Below, one piece after another: positions 6,755-14,520 of a DNA stretch of 23,911 nucleotides. The stretch is from Terriglobia bacterium (GTDB taxonomy: Bacteria > Acidobacteriota > Terriglobia > UBA7540). Position 1 is the stretch's first letter, and each line of letters opens with the position of its first letter. The position numbers and the translations under genes were made by a program. The notes under the pieces were generated by a model. It saw nothing but the letters and a program-made list of their open reading frames with translations, did no database searches and was not told where the DNA came from. Location: positions 1 to 23,911 of the forward strand of contig JBEKMN010000087.1 in the NCBI GenBank assembly GCA_050008495.1, written 5' to 3'.

Positions 6755-8620
6755 TCAACCCTCCGCAGCACTTCCGATTTCAGCCTCCAGGCCTTCTTGG
6801 CCGCTGCCATTGAGCGTGAAGTAAAACGTGGCTCCCTGGTTCAGGGCGGCCTCCGCCCAAACCCGCCCTCCGTGTTTGTGAATAATGCGCTGGACCGTGG
6901 CCAGGCCCACGCCCGTTCCTTCAAAATCCTCGCTCCGGTGCAGGCGCTGAAACACCCCAAAGAGTTTGGTGGCATATTTCATGTTGAAGCCTACGCCGTT
7001 GTCCCGCACGAAAATGACGGCACAGCCCTCTTGTTGAGTTGTTCCCACCTCAATCACCGCCGGTTTCCGCGGGCGAGTAAACTTGACGGCATTGGAGAGC
7101 AAATTCGCAAAGACCTGTTTAATCAGAGCCGGATCGCACTCGACGAAGGGCAGGGTTTCGACCTTCCACTCGATCGTGCGGTCGGGGTTCTCGCGCATCA
7201 AATCCGCCCTGGCCTCATCCACGAGGGAGTTCAGCCCAGTCGCTTGCATGCTTATTTGCTTTCGCCCCAAACGCGCCAGGTTGAGCAGATCATCAATCAG
7301 CATTCCCATATGGAGGACTGCATCGCGAATCGTCGCGATGTCTTCTAAGGCGTCAGGGGAAAGCTCGGCGCCGTGCCGATCCACGAGGAGCTTGGAAAAC
7401 CCGTCGACGTGCCGCAGGGGGGCCCGCAGGTCGTGGGAGACCGAATAAGTAAAGGCTTCCAGCTCTTTGTTGCTGGCTTCGAGTTCTGCCGTGCGCTCGC
7501 GCACCCGCTGCTCGAGTTGCTCATTCAGACGCCGGACCTCCTGCTCCGCGCGTTTGCGTTCGGTGATATCGCGAGCCGCGGCGAAGATGCCGATGACCAC
7601 GCCCGCCTCGTCCCGGTAAACCGAAGCGTTATAGAGGACGGGGGTGAGGTGTCCATCCTGGTGCCGGATTCCCAACTCGTAATCCTGGACAAAGCCCTCG
7701 CGAAAGGTTTGTTGATATCCAACCCGGGCCTTTGCGGGGTCGGAGAAGTAATCGCAGAAGTCCGTGCCGATCAACTTCTGTCGGACGCGGCCGGTGGCCT
7801 TTTCCATGCCGGAATTGGCGTCGGTGATTTTGCCACCGGGTGCGATCATCACCAGCGGATCCAAACTGGCCTCGATCAAGCTGCGGTTATAGGCGCTCGC
7901 CCCCTTCAACCGTTCCTCGGCCCTCCGGCGCGCGGCGCTGCCCCGGAGGGCAATCCAACTTCCCGCGGAGAAGACCATAACAGCCAAGAGGCACCCGAGG
8001 ATAACCACGGCGTCCGCGGTGCGGGCGTGGGCCCGGCTCGCGGCCTCGCGGACCCGCAATAAACTGCTCTCGTTCGACTGCATGGAGTCAACAAGCTCGC
8101 GTATTTCGTTCATTAACCTGAGCCCCTCCGCCTTGTTCAGCTCTTGGCTGGCGGCCGCGAATCCTTGGTTGCGGCGCAGCGAAATGAGGTTCTGCATCAC
8201 AGCGATTTTGCGGTTGGTCAGGGACGAGAGTTTGTCCACCTGATCACGCTCGAACGGATCGTCCACGATCAGGCCGGGGAGTGCCTGGAGATGCTGGGGG
8301 ACGCGTGAGATTCCCGCTTGGTGTTGTTCCAGGAAAGTCTCGTTACCCGTGGCCACAAACCCCCTTGTGCCGGCCTCAGCTTGCTGTATCGCAGAATAGA
8401 TTTGTTCAAGTTCGGTGCGGACGACGATGGTGTGCGCTACCCAGCGGTCCGTCTCAATCAGCGCCTGAGTGGCTCGGTACTGTATCGCACCCACCGCCAT
8501 CAGAGTCGCCAGGGCCAGCCCGAAACCGGTTACCATCTTTTGTTCCAGCGAGAACGGCCGGAAGAATTTCGTCCAGTTGCTCATTCTTGTTTCATCCTGA
8601 CAGGCCATTTTCCCAACCAA
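6755..8620 (-). CDS. Membrane sensor histidine kinase: TM, CHASE3-like periplasmic domain, TM, PAS, HisKA, HATPase_c
   Basis: TM1 is GFGLALATLMAVGAI. CHASE3-like helices (WVAHTIVVRTELEQIYSAIQQAEAGTRGFVATG...) follow, then TM2 VVILGCLLAVMVFSAGSWIAL. The PAS domain is SLIEASLDPLVMIAPGGKITDAN...ARDITERKRAE and the H-box is FTYSVSHDLRAPLRHVDGF. The HATPase motifs are intact. The true start may be the ATG at 8584 (MSNWTKFF..). Confidence 0.9.
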   Translation of the reverse strand: MVGKMACQDETRMSNWTKFFRPFSLEQKMVTGFGLALATLMAVGAIQYRATQALIETDRWVAHTIVVRTELEQIYSAIQQAEAGTRGFVATGNETFLEQHQAGISRVPQHLQALPGLIVDDPFERDQVDKLSSLTNRKIAVMQNLISLRRNQGFAAASQELNKAEGLRLMNEIRELVDSMQSNESSLLRVREAASRAHARTADAVVILGCLLAVMVFSAGSWIALRGSAARRRAEERLKGASAYNRSLIEASLDPLVMIAPGGKITDANSGMEKATGRVRQKLIGTDFCDYFSDPAKARVGYQQTFREGFVQDYELGIRHQDGHLTPVLYNASVYRDEAGVVIGIFAAARDITERKRAEQEVRRLNEQLEQRVRERTAELEASNKELEAFTYSVSHDLRAPLRHVDGFSKLLVDRHGAELSPDALEDIATIRDAVLHMGMLIDDLLNLARLGRKQISMQATGLNSLVDEARADLMRENPDRTIEWKVETLPFVECDPALIKQVFANLLSNAVKFTRPRKPAVIEVGTTQQEGCAVIFVRDNGVGFNMKYATKLFGVFQRLHRSEDFEGTGVGLATVQRIIHKHGGRVWAEAALNQGATFYFTLNGSGQEGLEAEIGSAAEG

Positions 8621-8933
8621 GCAGTGGGGGCTCCGCTGCCAACAGTAACTCCATCTTGCCGGCTGAGCACCGGTGCCGATGAGGCACAGATTGCCAGCTC
8701 GTCCGCGAATCTCCTCCTATGTCCAGACGGCAGGCGAAAGAAGAACTCCAACCGCCTTGGGGTCAAACCGCCGGACGCCGCTTGAGGAGGTAGCACGGCA
8801 TGGGATGCAAGGGCATCGCAGGCTGGGAGAAACGGGCATGGCTTCTCCTTATGCCGTGGGACCAAGACATTTAGGGTTCGCCTCGATCTCAGCGCGTTTG
8901 ATCAAGGTCTCAAGCGAGCAAGGGGTCGCAGGG

Positions 8934-9260
8934 TCATACACGGATAGCCTCCTCCGCCTTGGATGTTGTGAGGACAATTACCGGGATGTGCTTGAATTCG
9001 GGGTCGCTGTTCAAGTCTGCCAGGAGCTCGCGACCATTCAATTTGGGGAGGTTGAGGTCGAGCAGAATGAGGTCAAAATGACCTGCATCATTGTATGGGG
9101 GTGTGCCGCGCAGCATTGCCAGTGCTTCCACTCCATTGGCTGCTACCGTTTGATGGTTGCCGGCCTTCACATCGCGGAAGGCTTCGATCGTCAGCCGAAC
9201 ATAAGCCGGGTTATCTTCAACCAGCAGAATTCGGGTAGGCTTTTCAAGTCCCTCGTCCAT
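8934..9260 (-). CDS. CheY-like receiver, apparently C-terminally truncated (ends after beta4)
   Basis: ILLVEDNPAYVRL, LILLDLNLPKLNG and VIVLTTSKAEE are present. The ORF then stops at ...AIRV*, before the conserved K-P of beta5/alpha5. The next frame continues YDPATPCSLETLIKRAEIEA, which looks like a shortened leftover of the missing C-terminus. Confidence 0.7.
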   Translation of the reverse strand: MDEGLEKPTRILLVEDNPAYVRLTIEAFRDVKAGNHQTVAANGVEALAMLRGTPPYNDAGHFDLILLDLNLPKLNGRELLADLNSDPEFKHIPVIVLTTSKAEEAIRV

Positions 9261-9652
9261 ACCAGCTCATTCTTCCTCCGACTCAGGGTCCTTTCGGCGC
9301 TTTCGCAGGCGCCCTTGCTCACAACGAACATCCAGATTTTCTTTCTATTCCAGGCATTATCACAATCGGCGGAATGCTTAAAAGGTTTAATCAAAATCCA
9401 AAAGTAGGCGGACCGCTTATGCGACTCTAACTAAGCGGAATCAGTGAGTTGGGAGAATGCCGGACAACCGATGCCGGGAATAGTCTTGACCGGACGTCTG
9501 GTCTTATGCCGCGGCGAGTTCCGCCGATGGGAGTGAGTGGAGGTAGCTGCGGATGACGTTGGTAACGCCGGGCCCGGAGACAAAACTGGGCTGAGGCCGG
9601 TTTGCCTTTTCCTTCGTCCTAGTCGAAGAACCATTCGCCGCAAGTAAGGCGC

Positions 9653-12193
9653 ATGAGTATTCTGCCAGACGCCAAAATCAAAACTGACGGTAATTCCGCG
9701 ACGGATGAAAAGTCGCCTAACGGATTAAGCATCTCTTCGCCTCCCTTACGCGCGCTCATCCTGGAAGATGACCCGCGCGATGCAGTGGTGACGGCGAGCG
9801 TACTCGAGGGCGGGGGGTATAAAGTGCTATTCGAGGTCACGGACGACCTGGAAGTCTTCCGGGAGCGTCTGGAAAAAGCAGAGTACGACATCATTCTCGC
9901 CGATTTCAGCCTTCGCGACTGGTCTGCGCTCGACGCGCTGGACGTCTTAAAGCACTCAAACAAGGATGTTCCGCTCATTGTCGTAACAGGCGCTCTGGGC
10001 GACGAAGCTGCGGCAGAATGCATCAAGCAGGGCGCGGCGGACTTCGTTCTCAAGGACCGCCTCGCACGATTGCCCACCGCAGTTAAACGGGCGCTGGAAG
10101 AAAGACGCCTTCGCCACGAGAACAAGCGAGCTTTGGAAGCGCAACTCCGGCTGGCCACAATTGTGGAGTCGTCGGGCGAAGGGATTGTTGGCACGACCTT
10201 GGAAGGCTTCATTACGAGCTGGAACAAAGGCGCCGAGACACTTTTCGGCTATTGCGCCGGAGAGGTTTTGGGGCACCCTATTTCCGCCCTCGAACCGGCC
10301 GAGCGAGCCGAGGAGGCTAAACAGGTCTTCGCAAGTCTTCGGCGCGGCGGGTCCATTGAGCAATTGGAGACGGCACGAGTTCGGAAAGATGGGAGCCTGG
10401 TGGATGTTTCGCTGAGTGTGTTCCCGCTCCTCGACTCCCGTGGAAAGCTGACGGGGCTGGCCACGATTGCGCGTGACATCACTGAGCGCAAGAGGGCCGA
10501 AGAGAAAGCCCAGAGCGCGGCCCGTCAGATCAAGTCGCTTCTGGAGGCCGCCGGCGAAGGAATCTATGGTGTGGACGGGGAGGGCATTCTCACCTTTGTG
10601 AATCCCACCGCCAGCAGAATTCTTGGTTATGCGGCTGGGGAACTCGTAGGCGGCGGCGCTCACGCCATCTTTCACCACAGCCATCCTGACGGAACACCCT
10701 ACCCGGCCGACGATTGCCCCCTGGTGTATTCGGTTCTGGGCACGGGCCTCCCGCTGCGTTGCGAGGATTGGTATTGGCGAAATGATGGTAGCGGCTTTCC
10801 GGTGCAAGTATCCGCCACGCCCATTAAAGAATCCGGGATTGTCGTCGGAGCGGTGGTCACTTTCAGCGATATTACTGAACGAAAGCGCGCCGAGGAGGCG
10901 CTTCGCGACCAAGCCAGCCGGGATCCACTGACGGATCTTTGGAACCATAGGTCCATTCTTGCGATCCTGGCTAAGGAAGTAGCGCGTGCCTCCCGCACCC
11001 ACACTCCCGTTGCCGTCGCCATGATCGACGTGGATCGATTCAAGACAATTAACGACACCTATGGCCACCCGGCGGGCGACGCCGTATTGCGGGAAGCTTC
11101 GCACCGCCTGCGGGCGACGATGAGAACTTATGATTCCCTCGGACGATACGGTGGAGACGAGTTCATGGCGGTGTTCCCCGGATGCGATTCTGCTACCGCC
11201 GTTGGCTTTGCCGAATCCTTTCGCACTCGCATCGACCACCAGGCCATAGAAACTCCAGAAGGTATAATTCCCATGACCCTCAGTGTAGGGGTGGCGGAGC
11301 TCGGGGACCTCGGTGAAGTAAAATCTGAGACGCTCGTCCGCACCGCCGATGCCGCCCTATATCGCGCCAAGATCGCGGGACGGAACCGCGTAGCGCTGGC
11401 TTCAGCCGAAGACATTGAGAAAGGGGTATCGAAGCGTTTCCTCGAAGGCGGTCTGCCGGGCCTTGAGACGCCCCTTACCGAACTGTCGGCCTCGCATCCT
11501 CAATGGGATCAACTCTCCGCCGCTTCTCTCGAAACGAGCGCACCGCATCCGGCGGCCGAACACGCGGTAGCCCTTAGCAATCTCGAGGCCACTTGCTTGC
11601 AAGCCATGGAAGCGCTGGTGACGGCCCTCGATGCGCGAGACCACGAAACGTTTGGCCATTCCCACCGCGTGCGCGCCTATGCGCGCCACCTGGCGCAGAA
11701 GGCGGGATACCCGGCTGAGCTTTTGCCGTCGCTCGAACGGGGCGCATTTTTGCACGACATCGGCAAGATTGCAGTCTCGGACGTTATCCTGAGGAAGCCC
11801 GGTCCGCTCACGTCCGAGGAATGGGTGGAGATGCGCAAGCACCCTGAGGCAGGGTACGATATTCTGAGGAGCTTTCCCTTTTTGCGTCCTGTCTGCGATA
11901 TTGTTCGCCATCACCACGAGCGCTTCGATGGGACAGGTTACCCCGGCGGACTCAAAGGTGCACAAATCCCACGTGGGGCACGCGTATTCGCCTTGGCAGA
12001 CACTCTTGACGCCATGACTTCCGACCGGCCGTATAGAAAGGCACTAGAGTTTGAAGCGGCCCGGAATGAAATTCTGCAAATGGGCGCTTCACAATTTGAT
12101 CCTCAGCTTGTCGAAGTGTTCCGCAAGATTCCCCTTGCCACTTGGATGCGGCTCCGAGCAGAGACTGAGAAAAACTCGGCCTTGGTGACCTGA
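9653..12193 (+). CDS. Response-regulator-type c-di-GMP turnover protein: REC-PAS-PAS-GGDEF-HD-GYP
   Basis: REC: LILEDDPRD...IILADFSLRDWS...LIVVTG...DFVLKD. There are two PAS domains, each ending in DITERKRAEE. GGDEF: DVDRFKTINDTYGHPAGD...RTYDSLGRYGGDEFMAVF, with RxxD five residues before GGDEF. HD-GYP: HSHRV...FLHDIGK...RKHPEAG...HHHERFDGTGYPGGL...ALADTLDAMTSDRPYR. Confidence 0.92.
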   Translation: MSILPDAKIKTDGNSATDEKSPNGLSISSPPLRALILEDDPRDAVVTASVLEGGGYKVLFEVTDDLEVFRERLEKAEYDIILADFSLRDWSALDALDVLKHSNKDVPLIVVTGALGDEAAAECIKQGAADFVLKDRLARLPTAVKRALEERRLRHENKRALEAQLRLATIVESSGEGIVGTTLEGFITSWNKGAETLFGYCAGEVLGHPISALEPAERAEEAKQVFASLRRGGSIEQLETARVRKDGSLVDVSLSVFPLLDSRGKLTGLATIARDITERKRAEEKAQSAARQIKSLLEAAGEGIYGVDGEGILTFVNPTASRILGYAAGELVGGGAHAIFHHSHPDGTPYPADDCPLVYSVLGTGLPLRCEDWYWRNDGSGFPVQVSATPIKESGIVVGAVVTFSDITERKRAEEALRDQASRDPLTDLWNHRSILAILAKEVARASRTHTPVAVAMIDVDRFKTINDTYGHPAGDAVLREASHRLRATMRTYDSLGRYGGDEFMAVFPGCDSATAVGFAESFRTRIDHQAIETPEGIIPMTLSVGVAELGDLGEVKSETLVRTADAALYRAKIAGRNRVALASAEDIEKGVSKRFLEGGLPGLETPLTELSASHPQWDQLSAASLETSAPHPAAEHAVALSNLEATCLQAMEALVTALDARDHETFGHSHRVRAYARHLAQKAGYPAELLPSLERGAFLHDIGKIAVSDVILRKPGPLTSEEWVEMRKHPEAGYDILRSFPFLRPVCDIVRHHHERFDGTGYPGGLKGAQIPRGARVFALADTLDAMTSDRPYRKALEFEAARNEILQMGASQFDPQLVEVFRKIPLATWMRLRAETEKNSALVT

Positions 12194-12388
12194 GAGTTCC
12201 GCCGAGCCACGCACCCTGTGCAGGTGATGGAGCGGCCGCTAAGCGTGGTGTCACACATCGGAGTACAATGCTCTTGATGGAACCGGCCGCAAGTGCCGCA
12301 GCCGCGTGGACGATCGCGCAGACCGCGGCGGTGGCTTCGAGGGCCGGGCAAGGTCTGGCGGCACACACCCGCAGGTTACGGAGGACAT

Positions 12389-12769
12389 ATGAGGCGTCTC
12401 CTGTTTGCTCTGCTTTTCCTTGTCGTCTGCTCAACGCCCCTTCGGGCAAAAGATCGGGCCTGGATAACGGGAACGCTGGTGAATGCTGACACGGAGAGAG
12501 ATTCGAGAACGGTCGGAATCCCTCCCACCATCGTAACCGGGCCGAAGGTCGCGACGCTGCGCAATGACGTGACCTACTACACCATTGACGACGGGAAATA
12601 TCGCTGGGTGGTCAGCAGGCACATGACTAAAAAAGATGATAAACCGCTCAACCTGACGATCGACGCTCCCGTAAAATTCGCCATTGAAAAAAAGACGTGC
12701 TATCTGCTCGACGAGAAAGGTGAAGAGCACAAGCTGACGGTCGAGAGGAAGAGACCGAAAATCAATTGA
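12389..12769 (+). CDS. Small secreted/periplasmic hypothetical protein (126 aa)
   Basis: Starts at the ATG at 12389, with GGAGGA 5 nt upstream. Signal peptide MRRLLFALLFLVVCSTPLRA|KD. The remainder is Lys/Thr-rich and beta-like. The track ORF starts 32 codons earlier in Arg-rich junk. No recognised domain. Confidence 0.6.
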   Translation: MRRLLFALLFLVVCSTPLRAKDRAWITGTLVNADTERDSRTVGIPPTIVTGPKVATLRNDVTYYTIDDGKYRWVVSRHMTKKDDKPLNLTIDAPVKFAIEKKTCYLLDEKGEEHKLTVERKRPKIN

Positions 12770-12803
12770 GCGCCGCGGGGCCCCGAGGGCTTGCCGGTCA
12801 ATC

Positions 12804-12960
12804 CCTAATCCGTCGGTAACGACTGGCGGAACTGGTAAGGGGCACGGCCATGGTCCCCGCGCCACATCCGGTATCACCCGGAGGGTGCTACCTGTAGGGG
12901 CGAGGCGGCGCCTCGCCCCTACTTCTCTGCCGCCGACCCGCGCGCTATCGACGGATTAGG
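12804..12960. mobile_element. MITE-like / REP-like palindromic element (157 bp)
   Basis: Perfect 12-bp terminal inverted repeats: CCTAATCCGTCG (12804-12815) and CGACGGATTAGG (12949-12960). TCAATC flanks both ends (12798-12803 and 12962-12967), a possible target-site duplication. An internal hairpin at 12894-12922 (GTAGGGGCGAGGC-GGC-GCCTCGCCCCTAC) has a perfect 13-bp stem. No ORF. Confidence 0.45.
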
Positions 12961-13025
12961 CTCAATCTGGTGAGCTTCCCTCGACCTCCAATCTGTGGTA
13001 ATAATGAAGCTGAGGGGGTTGGAAT

Positions 13026-13283
13026 ATGCTCGATTGGTCACAGTGCCCCGTGGTCGAAAGCATCCCGGGTAAACGCAGCGGCGCCTGGGTGTTCCGGGAT
13101 ACGCGGACGCCGGTGTCAGTTGTTTTTGACAACCTGGAGGCGGGCGCCTCGATCAACGAAATCAAGGAGTGGTTTCATCTCTCCCACGAGCAGGTAACCA
13201 CCGTCATCGAATTTGCCGCGCGAAGCCTTGACGCGCCGCCGCTCCAGCCCGCCGGCCCAACGCTCGATGCTCGTACTCTTTGA
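13026..13283 (+). CDS. DUF433-family protein (putative antitoxin)
   Basis: 85 aa. ESIPGKRSGAWVFRDTRTPVSVVFDNLEAGASINEIKEWFHLSHEQVTTVIEFA fits the DUF433/COG2442 pattern (G..P.f.gTR.pV..v...L..G.s..eI...f..l....v...l.fa). GAGGGGG lies upstream of the ATG. It overlaps the next gene by 17 nt. Confidence 0.7.
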   Translation: MLDWSQCPVVESIPGKRSGAWVFRDTRTPVSVVFDNLEAGASINEIKEWFHLSHEQVTTVIEFAARSLDAPPLQPAGPTLDARTL

Positions 13284-13593
13284 CAACGGCGTCCCCGCTC
13301 CGCTCCGGCATGCGCTCAAAGGCCACGTGGTGGTGGAAGCGTTCGAGCGCGGATGGGATCGGTTTCTTAACGGCGAACTGATCGCGGCTGCCGAGGCCGC
13401 AGGCTTCGAGGTTTTGGTGACCACGGACAAAAACATCCGCTACCAGCAGAACCTAAGAGCGCGGAAAATCGCCTTCGTCGTTCTCGGCGATCAGCAGTGG
13501 CCCACTTTGCGTCGATTTGTTGACAAGGTTGTGGCCGCTGTCGATGCGGCGACTCCCGGTGCTTACGTCGAAGTCGAGATACCGTTGGAGTGA
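13267..13593 (+). CDS. DUF5615/COG4634 PIN-like protein (putative toxin)
   Basis: I start it at the ATG at 13267 (MLVLFDNGVPAPLRHALKGHVVVEA...GELIAAAEAAGFEVLVTTDKNIRYQQNL). This is the typical small PIN-like/Mut7-C-like pattern found next to DUF433 genes. The track ORF starts 18 codons earlier. Confidence 0.65.
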   Translation: MLVLFDNGVPAPLRHALKGHVVVEAFERGWDRFLNGELIAAAEAAGFEVLVTTDKNIRYQQNLRARKIAFVVLGDQQWPTLRRFVDKVVAAVDAATPGAYVEVEIPLE

Positions 13594-13648
13594 AAGCCCA
13601 TCCCCTGCTCCCGGGCCAAAACGGTCGAAAACACCAACCCGCTCACAA

Positions 13649-13743
13649 GTAGGGCAGCGCAGACCTGCGTCTTTTGCAGGTCTGCGGTTCTTTGCCTGGG
13701 ACCACTCCAAAAGCAGCAGACCTGAACTTCAGGTCTGCGCTAC
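13649..13743. repeat. Pair of REP-like GC-rich hairpins built on GCAGACCTG
   Basis: Hairpin 1 (13659-13685): GCAGACCTGC-gtctttt-GCAGGTCTGC, a perfect 10-bp stem. Hairpin 2 (13716-13738): GCAGACCTGAA-c-TTCAGGTCTGC. The outer arms GTAG(GGCA)GCGCAGACCTG and CAGGTCTGCGCTAC are also complementary. It sits just after the DUF5615 stop, and hairpin 1 is followed by GGTTCTTTG, so it may also act as a terminator. Confidence 0.6.
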
Positions 13744-14030
13744 TTTGCTCAGCCCGGCACCCACCGCGTACATAGTGCCGCAGTTTGGAAAACCGCTGTG
13801 GTAGAATGGCTTCGTTATGGTGACGAAATTAGACAATGTGGGTGCCTCTCGAAGATGCGTGGAGCAACATTGCAGGAAGGAAGATGCCGCCAGCGAAGCG
13901 GGGGCAGGGTGGCGCCCCATTCACAGAGGATGGGTCTGCGCACATTGTCCGAAGGCGCACAGTTGCTTCACATGGATGGACCAACACCCGACAGAAAGAT
14001 AGTGCTTTAAGCAAGGAACGAGGATGCATC

Positions 14031-14267
14031 GTGGCTAAAATGACGTTGGAACGGCTGCACGACTTTGTTATTAAGCACGGAGAAGACATCAAAGTGATAG
14101 ACACAACCGGCAAGACTTGGATGATTCAACCAGGCCAACCAGATGCGCTTGACCTGATGATTGACAAGGCCGATAGATTTCTATTCCGCGACGTGTGGTA
14201 TACAAGAGAAGGCTTCACAAAACTGCTGGAGAAATCTGACTCATCTGAAGAGAAGTCTGCGGGTTAG
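14031..14267 (+). CDS. Small hypothetical protein (about 75-78 aa) in an AT-richer islet
   Basis: The coding-looking part is (VAK)MTLERLHDFVIKHGEDIKVIDTTGKTWMIQPGQPDALDLMIDKADRFLFRDVWYTREGFTKLLEKSDSSEEKSAG. The start is either GTG at 14031 (AGGA 6 nt upstream) or ATG at 14040. The upstream 65 codons of the track ORF look non-coding. No recognised domain. Confidence 0.4.
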   Translation: MAKMTLERLHDFVIKHGEDIKVIDTTGKTWMIQPGQPDALDLMIDKADRFLFRDVWYTREGFTKLLEKSDSSEEKSAG

Positions 14268-14520
14268 GTGCGGATTCTTCCCCAGCGTTCACGCCAACCG
14301 GCCACGTGAATTCTAACCTGGGTTGTTTGGGAATCGTGACGGCCTTGCCCTGGAATCCACACAACGGCACCTTGCAGCCCCCAGCCCAGTACCCGCGTAT
14401 AAACGGTCTCCCTCGCGCATGTCCTCAGCCACGTTTCCGAACGGGGCGGTCAAGTACATTGTGGGGTCCCCACAGGCTCTGGTGCTGGATAGGTTTAAGG
14501 GAGGAGTCTGCATTCCCGAA

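Noticed and set aside
5727-6758. N-terminal extensions of track ORFs: 5727-6758, 12293-12769, 13213-13593 and 13836-14267.
   Set aside because: The extra residues are Arg/Gly/Pro-rich and lack motifs. Internal starts at 6590, 12389, 13267 and 14031/14040 have good Shine-Dalgarno sequences or fit the domain boundaries, so I trimmed the calls.
12194-12388. Possible c-di-GMP riboswitch or other leader upstream of the small secreted protein gene that follows the GGDEF/HD-GYP gene.
   Set aside because: The region begins with CACGCAC but lacks the conserved GEMM-I elements (for example ACGCAAAGC and the paired GGCAAA/tetraloop-receptor features). No convincing promoter was seen either.
13817-14002. 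61-aa Cys-rich ORF (CVEQHC...CAHCPKAHSC), preceded by an extended -10-like TGGTAGAAT (13799-13807), which could be a leaderless zinc-ribbon peptide.
   Set aside because: No -35 element, no Shine-Dalgarno and no recognisable family. It overlaps two other equally long ORFs in other frames. The evidence is insufficient to call a gene.
14459-14473. Palindrome TGTGGGG-T-CCCCACA between the convergent small ORF and the protease gene, as a bidirectional terminator.
   Set aside because: The loop is too small for the full stem, and there is no flanking T- or A-run. It is not distinguishable from chance in this composition.
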